DNA from: Candidatus Poribacteria bacterium
Lineage (GTDB): Bacteria; Poribacteria; WGA-4E; PCPOR2b
Assembly (NCBI GenBank): GCA_965116925.1
Contig: OZ220744.1
Span: 5,088,001 to 5,152,000, forward strand
Direction of reading: 5' to 3'
Length of the DNA stretch: 64,000 nucleotides
The position numbers and the translations under genes were made by a program. Shown one piece after another: positions 51,819 through 62,213 of the stretch; position 1 is the first letter of the stretch, and each line of letters begins with the position of its first letter. The notes under the pieces were generated by a model that searched no databases, was not told where the DNA came from, and saw only the letters and a list, made by a program, of their open reading frames with translations.

Positions 51819-52700
51819 TTAGGTTATCTTAGGAAAAACAACTCGGATCGTCGCGGGGAAGTTATTCGGATTGCAAACTTGACCAATTCGCACATCGCCG
51901 GTGGCACTTATGAGCAGATAGGCTTCCTCAAATGAAACGTCAAGTTTGCGCTGGAGAAGACTCGCCATCTCCTCACAAGCAACGGTGATCGCATCGACTA
52001 ACTTTGGGGCATCCCCTGTGGTTATCCACGCGTCCGCTGTTTCAATCCACGGACGAGCGATCGACTCCCCTTTAATCAATTCTATCCCTACAGTAACTTC
52101 CGCACAAATTTCTATCCCAAGCATAGAGACTTCCCCATCACCCATAGCAGCGTGAACATCCCCAAGCCCAAACAACGCGCCTTCCACAAATACGGGCAGA
52201 TAAACACGCGAGCCGACTGTCGCATCTTGATGATCCATGTTACCACCGTGGGGACCGGGGTAGAGCGTTGGCACAGCTTCTCCGGCAGGTGCCGTGCCGA
52301 TGACACCAACCATCGGACGAACTGGAAAACTAATTCGATCATCAAAGTGAGCGGTATCTCCTTCAATGTGAATGATTTTGGTTACGTACTGTTCTGCGAG
52401 ATGTCCTAAGTTTCCCGTGCCGGCTTTGATACCGATAAAGCCTTGTGAGGCAAGTTGGATACCTTGGATTTCAACGCACAAGGTATCCCCCGGTTCGGCA
52501 CCACGCACAAAGAGAGGTCCTGTCGCAGGGTTTAGACCGCGTGGATGGGGTTGATCGAGCAGGTCGTTCTCACTCAGAATCGTGCCGGTACGCGCATCGT
52601 AAGTCTCGAAGCAGATTTTATCACCCGGATTTGCCTCACCCACAGGACGATGGTCCCGACTGAAATTATAAATAATACGGTCGCGTGTGATGATGTGCAT
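51819..52700 (-). CDS. Acetamidase/formamidase family protein
   Basis: NPATGP...GAEPGD, GGNMD, GDVHAAMGDGE. Confidence 0.92.
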   Translation of the reverse strand: MHIITRDRIIYNFSRDHRPVGEANPGDKICFETYDARTGTILSENDLLDQPHPRGLNPATGPLFVRGAEPGDTLCVEIQGIQLASQGFIGIKAGTGNLGHLAEQYVTKIIHIEGDTAHFDDRISFPVRPMVGVIGTAPAGEAVPTLYPGPHGGNMDHQDATVGSRVYLPVFVEGALFGLGDVHAAMGDGEVSMLGIEICAEVTVGIELIKGESIARPWIETADAWITTGDAPKLVDAITVACEEMASLLQRKLDVSFEEAYLLISATGDVRIGQVCNPNNFPATIRVVFPKIT

Positions 52701-52748
52701 TATAGTGGTGCCCCCTCAAAGCGGTGACACAGTTCATCTAGAAAATCG

Positions 52749-53654
52749 TTATTCCGCACCGAAAGGGAAAGCGTCAATATCGTTTTCCACTGCCTTCAGT
52801 AGTATAGAAATTTCCCGCTTATCCTCCGCATCCAACTCATGGGGCGCAGGTGCCCGCTCCACCATAGAGGTCAAGACCCCTCGACGTTTGAGAATATAAC
52901 GGACAAACTGATGGTTTTCCAAGTTAATCAACGGAAGCAGACGGGTATGTAACTCCCGCGCACCGGTCTCATCTCCCGCCCACCAAAGCTCCATAATCTT
53001 TGCGAGCAGATCGGCAAATTCGCAAGCAGGCATACAACCATCTGCACCGCGTATTATCTCCGCCGGCAGCACCTTACCGGCAGCACCCCCAAAGATGGTC
53101 TTGATCCGATCCCCAGCCAACTGCTTTACCTCGCCAATGTGTTGCGGTCCTGGCTGCCTCTCCTCTTTGACATATTCAATCTGTGGGACATCTTCTGCGA
53201 GTTGAACAATCTGCTCCCCGGTCAACGGCGCGTAACTGTCGGCATTTTGCACCATAATTGGTCCATCGAAAACCTCGCCAAGCCGTTTGAACATATCTAT
53301 CGCCGTCGCTGCATTGGTCCGTGCCGGTGCCATAGCGATTATCGAGTCTACCCTCGCCTGCTGTGCAGCCCTTGCGTAGAGCAACGTCTGCGGCACAGAG
53401 ATTCCAGAGCACCCAAAAACCACCGGCAATCTGCCATTGACTGTTTCAAGAACGGCATCCAAGTTACGGATCCGTTCCTCCTCGCCCAGAAAATAAAACT
53501 CCCCGACCATGACGGGCCAAACAATCCCGTGTTGTCCCGACTCACAGCAGAAATTGGCGACAGCCTGTAGATCACTGGTATGGATGTCGAGATCTTCCGT
53601 ATAAGGCGTGGGAAGCAGACCAAAAACCCCCTTCATCGGATCAAATTTTGCCAT
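52749..53654 (-). CDS. Dihydrodipicolinate synthase family lyase
   Basis: LPTPY, GEF..L..EER, VNGRLPV, YVKEE. Confidence 0.88.
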   Translation of the reverse strand: MAKFDPMKGVFGLLPTPYTEDLDIHTSDLQAVANFCCESGQHGIVWPVMVGEFYFLGEEERIRNLDAVLETVNGRLPVVFGCSGISVPQTLLYARAAQQARVDSIIAMAPARTNAATAIDMFKRLGEVFDGPIMVQNADSYAPLTGEQIVQLAEDVPQIEYVKEERQPGPQHIGEVKQLAGDRIKTIFGGAAGKVLPAEIIRGADGCMPACEFADLLAKIMELWWAGDETGARELHTRLLPLINLENHQFVRYILKRRGVLTSMVERAPAPHELDAEDKREISILLKAVENDIDAFPFGAE

Positions 53655-53954
53655 AATATTATAAATTCCTCTGTTTGTTGTCTCTCTAATTTATGATTGT
53701 AGAAGTTACATTGGGTTTGTAGTAGCGCAATTCATTGCGCGTCAGATACCAACAACGGCGCACAATAGTCATGGTATTTTATTCGATAAATCGCCCGACT
53801 ACAAGGCCCGATTCCTTTGTGTTGAAAAATACTGCCCTAATCGAGTTCTCTCGGTTGTGTGTCGTTGTTCCCTACTGCGTAAGTCCTAGAGCGTCTATTC
53901 GGATAATCATTGTGATGCAACCTCACGCAAATTCCGAACCTGTGAGCGAATCCG

Positions 53955-54452
53955 CTACTCTGATGTAAGTGCTTTTGGACGCCACAAATTCAGCAACTCC
54001 CCTTGTACCTCGTAATCCAATTCAGTCCATTTTTCAATCGGGAGAGCGACATGAGCAAGTGCCGCTGTCGGCATCGTTTCCATTCTACCTGTCAGGTGGG
54101 CGACTAGTGCCTCCATCCCAGGATTGTGTCCGACCACCATCACCCGCTGGTCATCGTCCGGGACGTTTTGCAAAACAGCGAGATACGATCCCGGGCCCGC
54201 ATGATAAAATTCCGATGTCAATTCAACCTTATCCTCACAATGACACGCTTTGGCGACTGCCTTGGCGGTGTTTCGCGCCCGCTTGGCGGTTGAACTAATT
54301 ATCCTGTCGGGCACCAACCCCTGCTCCTGCAACAACCTTCCCATTCGCGGCGCATCCCGTTTGCCACGCTTATTGAGCGGACGATCATGATCCGCCAACG
54401 ATGTGTCTTTCCAACTCGACTTTGCATGACGTAAAATTAGTAATGTTTTCAT
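53955..54452 (-). CDS. sixA: SixA-like histidine phosphatase
   Basis: LRHAKS, DRPLNKRG, SSTAKRA, VGHNP. Confidence 0.88.
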   Translation of the reverse strand: MKTLLILRHAKSSWKDTSLADHDRPLNKRGKRDAPRMGRLLQEQGLVPDRIISSTAKRARNTAKAVAKACHCEDKVELTSEFYHAGPGSYLAVLQNVPDDDQRVMVVGHNPGMEALVAHLTGRMETMPTAALAHVALPIEKWTELDYEVQGELLNLWRPKALTSE

Positions 54453-54898
54453 GTTTTCCCCGTTTCGTGTGAGGAACTGCTCACCTGTCGCCGCATATCG
54501 ATTCCTGCATCGACACAGGACAGCATGGGTGTGAATAAGACAATTTACGCATCACGTTTCACGCATCACATTCTATAAATACGGGTTCGGACAGGTAACG
54601 GAACAGCGGGCGACAACTTACCCCATCTTATCACAAACTCAAATAGACATCCATACAAAAACTTCTTGTCGAAAAATAAGAGTTTGGCTATAATGAGCGG
54701 ACGATATGCTATTTGGTTAACGCTTTTTTTCTAAACTCTTGTATAAGTTCATGTGCACCCATGAAGGTCGGGTGGCTAACCCGAAAGGTATCAGCCACTG
54801 AATCAATGAGCTAATAGTTTTCACGAATCACGTTTCACGTTTCACGTTCTCTGCGTTTCGCGCTTTCTTGTGACACGAGCCAATTAGGAGATATATGT

Positions 54899-55708
54899 AT
54901 GCCTATACCCACGACCAACGCCGACGACAAACCGGCGATAGAATTCACCGAAGACCAGAAATTCATCTTCGACACGCGGGGGTGGATAGCCCTCCCCGGT
55001 GTGTTGACCGATGACGAAGTCGCTGAGATGCGAGATTTTTGCTACCGTCTGAAAAAGTCCCCGGAATCCATTCCTGAACATCATCGCTCATCCATCGGTG
55101 GACCCCTCGAAAAATTGACTGACCATCCGCTTGTTCTCGGCTTCATGAACGAATTTGTCGCAACAGGTTACTCAGGAGAAGACTGCTACGGTTTTCGCAT
55201 GGAGGGCACGTTCCTGACAATTCGGCCCAAAGGCCATGACAACTTCAGTCCTCATGGCGGACGGGGTATATTGAATTTTCCGGGCAACTCGCATACCTAT
55301 CACATGCACCACGACAAAGCGCACAGTGGATTGACGCGGGTCGTATGGGAACTGAACCCAGTCAAGAAACGCAGCGGTGGCACCCTGTTCTTGACGGGAA
55401 GCCACAAGGGGGCTTTCCCTCCACCAAAATCGACGCAGGATCGGGATTGTCCACTATGGGATGATTACTCCTGTCCAGCGGGATCGGTGTTGTTTTTCAC
55501 GGAGGCGATTACCCACACCGGCGCACGATGGGAAGACGATACGGTAGATCGGGTCGCTATCTTTAACTGCTACAATGTTGTCGGCAACAAATGGCATAAG
55601 TGGGAACCTCATCCGAAACACCTCACCGAAATGCCGTTCAAACGTTCCACACTCTTCCGTCCCGTCTACTGTCAGGATAATGTGCTTTCGCCAGCAGACG
55701 ATGTGTAA
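54899..55708 (+). CDS. Phytanoyl-CoA dioxygenase (PhyH) family protein
   Basis: QKFIFDTRGW, GGT.FL.GSHK, AGSVLFFTEAITH. Confidence 0.8.
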   Translation: MPIPTTNADDKPAIEFTEDQKFIFDTRGWIALPGVLTDDEVAEMRDFCYRLKKSPESIPEHHRSSIGGPLEKLTDHPLVLGFMNEFVATGYSGEDCYGFRMEGTFLTIRPKGHDNFSPHGGRGILNFPGNSHTYHMHHDKAHSGLTRVVWELNPVKKRSGGTLFLTGSHKGAFPPPKSTQDRDCPLWDDYSCPAGSVLFFTEAITHTGARWEDDTVDRVAIFNCYNVVGNKWHKWEPHPKHLTEMPFKRSTLFRPVYCQDNVLSPADDV

Positions 55709-55745
55709 TACGCATAATGCTAGTTTGCAACTGTTGATACGCTAC

Positions 55746-56088
55746 TATAGTGAATTCTAAAAATAATAGGACTTACGCAGTTGAACACTCAGATACCTGT
55801 AGTTCGGCGTTTTATCGCCGCAAGACACTATCTCCAACGCCCGATGAATCGGGCAACTACAGCAGAGGCTCCATAAGGAGTCCGTAGGGAACGCAGATCT
55901 GCGTTCCCTACTGAAGTGCGTAACTCCTAAATAATAGGACTTACGCAGCGCGTTCATAAGTCCCCCTGACAAGGGGGATTTAGGGGGTTGGTTGTGCATT
56001 GGAAGTGTCTAAATATGGTGAATTCAAAAAATAAAGAGACACTTTCGCACCGGTTTGGATTGTCTCATTAATTCTAAAATTTACTATA
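55746..56088. repeat. Nested MITE/REP cluster
   Basis: IS630-type left end, YAGGACTTACGCA MITE 55767-55929 with AATAA duplication, a second TIR, and an IS630-type MITE at 56014-56088. Confidence 0.72.
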
Positions 56089-56248
56089 ATTTGGTTCATT
56101 GGTGCATTGCAGAAGTGTGGAAGCGGGTAAGAAGGGAATAAATCCTCTCGCCACCTCGCTTCCTCATACACTCGCCATCTCCCGTAAATGAACTGATGAA
56201 CACTTAAATGATATCGGTTCGCCGACATCACTCAACCGGAGGTCATAC

Positions 56249-57385
56249 ATGAAGATTACAGCGGTTAAACCGTTTATTGCATCAACCGGAAATTTTTTCG
56301 TCAAGGTCGAGACAGATGCAGGCATCTACGGCATCGGCGAAGGCGGCTTGAGACGACGGGGACGCGCTATGGCAGAAGTCATCCATTCCTCTGAAGCCAT
56401 CCTACTCGGTCAAGACCCATTTCGTATTGAGTATCTGTGGCAGCGGATGTTTCGTGGCGGTTTCTTCCCCGGCGGCGTGATTCAGTCCGCAGCGGTGAGT
56501 GCGGTGGATATCGCGCTGTGGGATATTAAAGGTAAGGCGTTGGGTGTACCGGTATATGAACTGTTGGGAGGCAGGACACGCGATAAAGTGGTCTGCTATC
56601 CCCACAACGGCGACCCGAATAATATTGAATCGCTCGTCCAGAGTTGCCGGCAGACCTACGAAGCGGGGTGGAAATTTGTTCGATGGGGGGTGTGCGATCC
56701 AGAAGGCGACAATCGGTTTGAGCCGACACGGGCAGTGCGATTCGGAATTGAACAGGTAAAGGCGGTCAGAGAGGCACTCGGCGACGATGTAGAGATTCTT
56801 GTGGATGCCCATACGCGGTTGGATCCGCCCGCCAGCATCGAATTCTGTAAAGGGGTTGAGCAGTACCGCCCCTTCTTCATTGAAGACCCACTCCGCAGCG
56901 AAAATCCTGCGAGTCTGAAGTTGGTTCGGCAGAACACATCCGTCCCGCTGGCAGTAGGGGAACAGTTTGACAGCAAATGGAGTTTTCGGGAAGTAATTGA
57001 GGAGGACCTGATGGATTACTGTCGGGTAGACCTCTGCATCGCCGGGGGCTTGACTGAGGCGCGGAAGATCGCAGGTTGGTGTGAGACGCACTATATCCAC
57101 ATCGTGCCACACAATCCGCTCGGTCCGGTTTCAACAGCAGCCTGTCTCCATCTCTGTCTGGCATCATCCCTTGTCGGAGTACAGGAGCTACCGCGTCCAC
57201 CCATGACGAGCCTTACCGATCTCTTTCCGGTTCAGATGCCGTTTGCTGACGGCTATCTGCTTCCACCTGAAGGCACTGGACTTGGTATTGAGTTCAATGA
57301 AGATGCGCTTGTCAATGCTACACCACCGACTCCGGGCCCGCCTTCCGGTTACCAAAGGGACGATGGGGCATATACTAACTGGTAG
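56249..57385 (+). CDS. Mandelate racemase/galactonate dehydratase-like enolase superfamily protein
   Basis: SAVDIALWDIKGK, VDAH, FIEDP, AVGE, PHNPLGP. Confidence 0.92.
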   Translation: MKITAVKPFIASTGNFFVKVETDAGIYGIGEGGLRRRGRAMAEVIHSSEAILLGQDPFRIEYLWQRMFRGGFFPGGVIQSAAVSAVDIALWDIKGKALGVPVYELLGGRTRDKVVCYPHNGDPNNIESLVQSCRQTYEAGWKFVRWGVCDPEGDNRFEPTRAVRFGIEQVKAVREALGDDVEILVDAHTRLDPPASIEFCKGVEQYRPFFIEDPLRSENPASLKLVRQNTSVPLAVGEQFDSKWSFREVIEEDLMDYCRVDLCIAGGLTEARKIAGWCETHYIHIVPHNPLGPVSTAACLHLCLASSLVGVQELPRPPMTSLTDLFPVQMPFADGYLLPPEGTGLGIEFNEDALVNATPPTPGPPSGYQRDDGAYTNW

Positions 57386-57569
57386 ATGCTTAGGGACGGT
57401 TTATATGAGCATTAATCGTCGAAATTTTCGATCTGCACAGCAACTTGGGTGACGATAACGAAAAATTTACTTGGAAAGACAACAAAATTCTGGTAAAATT
57501 ACAGGCGAAGTTGGTGTCTGACGAAAACAACAGCGGTTACACCCACCCAAAAACAGGAATAATAGCGTA

Positions 57570-58559
57570 TTGCAGAACCAAGAATCCCTAAAAATACCGA
57601 TACAAAGCACCACAGAAGCCCAGCTGCTTTTTGGTCAATCTGATGCCTTTCTGAACATTGTCGAATCGCGTTTTAACGTCAAAGTGTTGTTAAAAAGCGA
57701 AGGCTTAGAGATTACGGGCGAAAACTTCGATCATGTTAAGCGTGTAACCAAAACTTTTGAGTCTTTACTTCATCTCATCCGGAGTGGGCAATCTATCAAT
57801 GCGAATGATGTCAAATACGCGCTTCGCACGTCCACAGCAGATACACCTGTCCCGTTGGAAAAAGCAGCAAATGAAACTATCTCTGTCTTTTCCAAGCGTG
57901 GTGTTGTGCGGCCAAAGACCCCTACCCAGAAGTGCTATGTGGCCGCAATCAAATCACATGATCTCGTCTTTGGTATCGGTCCCGCAGGAACCGGAAAAAC
58001 GTATCTCGCTATGGCGATGGCAGTTTCTGCCTTGAAAAGTGGACAAGTCAGCCGAATCATCCTAACCCGACCTGCGGTGGAAGCTGGCGAAAGGCTCGGT
58101 TTTTTACCCGGTGATATTGAAGCGAAAATTAATCCTTATCTGCGCCCTCTATACGACGCACTCTACGATATGGTGCCTCCCGAATCCCTTGAACGTTATG
58201 TTGAACGGAATGTGATTGAAGTGGCGCCGATTGCCTTCATGCGCGGACGGACGTTGAATAATTCGTTTGTCGTTCTTGATGAAGCACAAAACGCAACCAT
58301 TGAGCAGATGAAGATGTTTCTCACACGGCTCGGGTTTGATTCCAGAGCCGTTATCACCGGAGACATAACCCAAACGGACTTGCCGACCGGGACAAAGTCA
58401 GGGCTTGTTGATGCACAGTCGGTACTGTCAGATATTGACGGTATCGCGTTCATCCACTTTTCAAAAGAGGATGTTGTCCGACACGAACTGGTGCAGCAAA
58501 TCGTAGAAGCCTATGAGGAGCGTGATGCCCAAAGGTTAAGCAAAACCAATAGCGTCTAG
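57570..58559 (+). CDS. phoH: PhoH family ATPase (YbeZ-like)
   Basis: GPAGTGKT, RPAVEAGERLGFLPGD, MRGRTL, DEAQN, VVRH. Confidence 0.95.
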   Translation: MQNQESLKIPIQSTTEAQLLFGQSDAFLNIVESRFNVKVLLKSEGLEITGENFDHVKRVTKTFESLLHLIRSGQSINANDVKYALRTSTADTPVPLEKAANETISVFSKRGVVRPKTPTQKCYVAAIKSHDLVFGIGPAGTGKTYLAMAMAVSALKSGQVSRIILTRPAVEAGERLGFLPGDIEAKINPYLRPLYDALYDMVPPESLERYVERNVIEVAPIAFMRGRTLNNSFVVLDEAQNATIEQMKMFLTRLGFDSRAVITGDITQTDLPTGTKSGLVDAQSVLSDIDGIAFIHFSKEDVVRHELVQQIVEAYEERDAQRLSKTNSV

Positions 58560-58722
58560 TACACTGTCAGGCAAATTATGATTGTCTATATGGATTAAGA
58601 CTCATAATACTTCGTAGGGGTCGGGTCACCCGACCCCCTTGTTGATATGCAAAACTTATATGACTGAGTACTAGCTTCGACCCGAAAATAGAGTCAACTG
58701 CCTGTTGTAATGGCGACTGCCG

Positions 58723-59154
58723 ATGGTATTCATTAACAACAACTGTCAAAATATTGATTTTGATGAAGCAATTATTTATAATGCGACGTTGACCACGCTA
58801 AAGGCTCACGGTTCTGCTGAGTGTGAAGTGAGCATTCTTCTAACAGATGATACCGAAATTCAGGTGCTGAACCACCAATATCGCCATATTGATGAGCCCA
58901 CTGATGTGCTTGCCTTTGCGATGCGAGAAGGCATCGGTGCGGATTTGAATCCTCAACTGCTTGGCGATTTGGTCATATCTGTTCCAACAGCCCAGCGCCA
59001 ATCAACTGTGCATGGGCATTCACTTGATATCGAGCTTGCCATATTGAGTGTACACGGTACCCTTCATCTTCTCGGTTATGATCATCAAACACCAGAGGAA
59101 GCGGAGATCATGTTTGAGGAACAAGAGGTCCTGCTTCGTTTGATTAGCACCTAA
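58723..59154 (+). CDS. ybeY: rRNA maturation endoribonuclease YbeY
   Basis: LNHQYR..DEPTDVLAF, LGDLVIS, HGTLHLLGYDH. Confidence 0.95.
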   Translation: MVFINNNCQNIDFDEAIIYNATLTTLKAHGSAECEVSILLTDDTEIQVLNHQYRHIDEPTDVLAFAMREGIGADLNPQLLGDLVISVPTAQRQSTVHGHSLDIELAILSVHGTLHLLGYDHQTPEEAEIMFEEQEVLLRLIST

Positions 59155-59281
59155 TTTTTAAGAAACCGAGTTTTTTCTTGAAAACTCGGTTCCTGTTACA
59201 CGATTTCTTAACGTGAGCGAATTAGGTCATAGATTTTCGCAGACTCTGGTTGATAAGTTCCTTGGGGGTGTAATCCTACGT

Positions 59282-60556
59282 TTGGACGATATAGACATAA
59301 TTAAGCTGGTTAGCTTGGTTGTTTTGTCAATCTTCGCGGTGTTGTTCTCTGTCGTGGAGGTACTTATCAACAGGCTTAGCCGGAACGAAATACTGAATAT
59401 CGCGGAAACTGGAGGGCCACAGCATGAGATTTTAACCTCTCTACTGCGCCACCCACAAAGATCTTCTGCAACGATTATTGTCGCCAAGAGCGTATTAATT
59501 GTTTGTATTGTTGTCTTGCTGCTCTCCTTGTTCGATTTCGATTCCCTGAGAGATCGAATTATTGGTGCCCTCCTTGCAATCCTCCTCATTGTTGTTGTGA
59601 CAGAGCTTATCCCGAAAAATTATGTACAGGGCAGCTCTGAAAACTCAACAATCTATGCCCTCCGTTTTGTGCATGTTGTTTATTGGGTACTATATCCTCT
59701 AATTAAACCGGTAACCCTGCTAAGCTATCTTGGCGTTCGGATTCTAGGTGGAAAAGGCCAAACCGAACAGGATAGCAGCGTCTCGCCGGAAGACCTTGAA
59801 GCGTTGGAAAATGTTGGGAGTGGCCAAGAAATCTTGGAGGAGGAGGAACGAGAAATGATCTCGCGCATCCTCGACCTCCCCGATAAGGTTGCCCGCGAGA
59901 TTATGGTGCCCCGAACGGATGTGACGTGCCTTGATGTCTCCTCCCCAAAAGAAGTTGTACTTCAAACTGCGATCGAGTCGCGGCATTCGCGTATTCCTGT
60001 CTACGAGGAGCAGATCGATCGCATTATTGGTCTCCTCCATGTCAAAGATATGTTAGACGGGTGGGCAGAAGACGAACCCCTCGATCTGAGATCTATTGCT
60101 ACAGAGAGACCTCCGCTTTTCACGCCAGAGAGTAAAAAAATATCCGACCTCTTCCAAGAACTACGGGCAAATAAACAGCACATGGCGATCGTTGTCGATG
60201 AGTATGGGGGCACAGCGGGAATCGTGACGCTCGAAGATATTATTGAGGAGATTGTCGGAGAAATCCAAGATGAATACGATTTTGATGAACAAGACGAGTT
60301 CATCGTCCTCAATAAAAATAGCTATTCAGTTGATGCACGGATGCATCTTATTGATCTCAATGAACAGCTAGAGACGCAACTTGAATCGGAGAATGCAGAC
60401 ACGATCGGCGGATTCATTTTCGATCATCTGGGGAGAGTTCCTGAACAGGGTAATCAATTCTCTTACCAGGGACTGACATTCACAATACTAGAAGCGGATG
60501 AACGACGTATCCATCGAATCCGGATTCAGCAGCTAGAGGATACGACGGAAAAATAG
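59282..60556 (+). CDS. HlyC/CorC family CNNM-CBS domain protein
   Basis: TM region, ELIPK, IMVPR, HSRIPVY, VVDEYGGTAGIVTLEDIIEEIVGEI; start uncertain (ORF open from 59213). Confidence 0.9.
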   Translation: MDDIDIIKLVSLVVLSIFAVLFSVVEVLINRLSRNEILNIAETGGPQHEILTSLLRHPQRSSATIIVAKSVLIVCIVVLLLSLFDFDSLRDRIIGALLAILLIVVVTELIPKNYVQGSSENSTIYALRFVHVVYWVLYPLIKPVTLLSYLGVRILGGKGQTEQDSSVSPEDLEALENVGSGQEILEEEEREMISRILDLPDKVAREIMVPRTDVTCLDVSSPKEVVLQTAIESRHSRIPVYEEQIDRIIGLLHVKDMLDGWAEDEPLDLRSIATERPPLFTPESKKISDLFQELRANKQHMAIVVDEYGGTAGIVTLEDIIEEIVGEIQDEYDFDEQDEFIVLNKNSYSVDARMHLIDLNEQLETQLESENADTIGGFIFDHLGRVPEQGNQFSYQGLTFTILEADERRIHRIRIQQLEDTTEK

Positions 60557-60566
60557 AAAAGCAGGC

Positions 60567-60595
60567 TTGACAGATGCTAGCGTGTATGATAAAAT
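60567..60595 (+). promoter_or_regulatory. Sigma70 promoter of the tRNA
   Basis: TTGACA-N17-TAAAAT with extended TG. Confidence 0.75.
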
Positions 60596-60613
60596 CACAC
60601 GCTGTACCATAAT

Positions 60614-60688
<75 letters not shown>

Positions 60689-60771
60689 TTATTCTCATGG
60701 GACAATGGAACGATGAAATAAGGCAACAATAAATTCATCGTTCCATTGTCCCATTTTATTATGGAGGTAGA

Positions 60772-61521
60772 ATGCCAGTTCAAAAAACACAGGCGATTGT
60801 CATTCGCTCACATCCACTCGGTGAAGTGCACAAGATTATCCGGTTCTACACCATTGAATTTGGCAAAGTCAGTGCGGTGGCACACGGTAGTAGGCGACCC
60901 AAGAGCCGTTTCGGAGGAAGCCTTGAACTCCTCAACTACGGTAACCTTGTGTTCTTTGAATACCCGAATAAAGACCTCCATAGGGTCGATGACTTTGACC
61001 TGATTGATGCCTTTGACCCAATCAAAGCGGACTTTGACCGCACCACTTACGGTTGTTATTTGGCAGAACTGATTGATGCCACAGAGCTAGCAGGGCAATT
61101 GGCAGACCAGAGCGTCTTCCACCTACTGCAATACGCATTTGAAACGCTGGCACAGACCGAAGATATTCCGTTGCTAGCGCGTGCGTTTGAACTCCAATTT
61201 CTGGGGTTGACAGGCTACGCACCTCAACTCTCGCGGTGTGTCACCTGTGCGGAGGTATTCCACGGTGCCACGGTACATTTCAGTCCGAGCCATGGCGGTT
61301 TGCTCTGTGCCAATTGTGAGGGGAACGACACAACCGCGAGACCGATTTCACGTGGAAGTTGTGAACTGATGAAGCAGCTGCAAAAATTCGGCTTTTCTTA
61401 TCTACACCGCTTTCGCGCCTCCGATCTCAATCACCGAGAGCTTAAGTTTGTCCTTTCAAACTTCATCTCCTATCATACCGAACGCACTTTGAAAAGCCGC
61501 GAATTTATTGACAATTTATAA
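60772..61521 (+). CDS. recO: DNA repair protein RecO
   Basis: A.VIR...GE..KI...T..FGKV..VA.G.RRPKSRF; CxxC...CxxC zinc finger. Confidence 0.93.
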   Translation: MPVQKTQAIVIRSHPLGEVHKIIRFYTIEFGKVSAVAHGSRRPKSRFGGSLELLNYGNLVFFEYPNKDLHRVDDFDLIDAFDPIKADFDRTTYGCYLAELIDATELAGQLADQSVFHLLQYAFETLAQTEDIPLLARAFELQFLGLTGYAPQLSRCVTCAEVFHGATVHFSPSHGGLLCANCEGNDTTARPISRGSCELMKQLQKFGFSYLHRFRASDLNHRELKFVLSNFISYHTERTLKSREFIDNL

Positions 61522-61522
61522 A

Positions 61523-61730
61523 GAGGACTTACGCAGCCAACTGTAGTTGCCCAATTCATTGGGTGTTTTTACTGTAGTTGCCCAATTCATCGGGTGTTTT
61601 TACTGTAGTTGCCCGATTCATCGGGTGTTTTTACTGTAGTTGCCCGATTCATCGGGCATAGGCAGAATCTATACCCATCGTAGGCGGGACATCTTGCCCC
61701 GCGCCAACTGCGCTGAATGCCCAAGTCCTA
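61523..61730. mobile_element. YAGGACTTACGCA MITE containing a 4 x 31-bp tandem REP array (61541-61657)
   Basis: Unit CTGTAGTTGCCCRATTCATYGGGTGTTTTTA; ATAAA flanking duplication. Confidence 0.78.
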
Positions 61731-61823
61731 ATAAAGTGTGAGGCGTGGGATAGTATTAGGCATACTCCGTATGCCGTAACTCTGCACACCCCGATCTATC
61801 GAGGTTCGTTCATAGTGCCTAAT

Positions 61824-61931
61824 TATAGTGAATTCTAAAAATAAATAGACACTTTCGCTCCCCATGTTTGGTAGGCACTGTTTCCAACGGCGCCGATTTG
61901 GAGTGTCTCGTTAATTCTCAAATCTACCATA
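61824..61931. mobile_element. IS630-related MITE
   Basis: Homolog of 20237-20343. Confidence 0.75.
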
Positions 61932-62023
61932 TAACGCACGTTGCTATCTATTGAAAATCCATCAATTTTCCCGTAGACGGGCGGGGTTCCCCCGCCCGTC
62001 AGGTATTCAACCTTTCGCTCCAG

Positions 62024-62140
62024 ATGAGATTTAAGTATTTAAATCGGTAATCTCGATTTTCCTCGAAACACACGGTAGGCGCGGTTTGCAACCGCGCTGG
62101 TGTCGATAGCAAATTACCCAATTAATAAATTAATCTTCAT
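62024..62140. mobile_element. 117-bp MITE inserted in a palindrome loop
   Basis: Homolog of 41254-41370. Confidence 0.7.
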
Positions 62141-62213
62141 GAGGAGCGCGATGTGTGTATCAATGCCAAACCAATGAACTCATGAACCAATATAACACAG
62201 CAAGGCCCCCAAC

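Noticed and set aside
55757..56231. Minus-strand ORFs in the repeat cluster
   Set aside because: They are translations of REP/MITE sequence.
61541..61657. CRISPR array
   Set aside because: The units are contiguous, near-identical 31-mers with no unique spacers, and there are no cas genes; this is a tandem REP.
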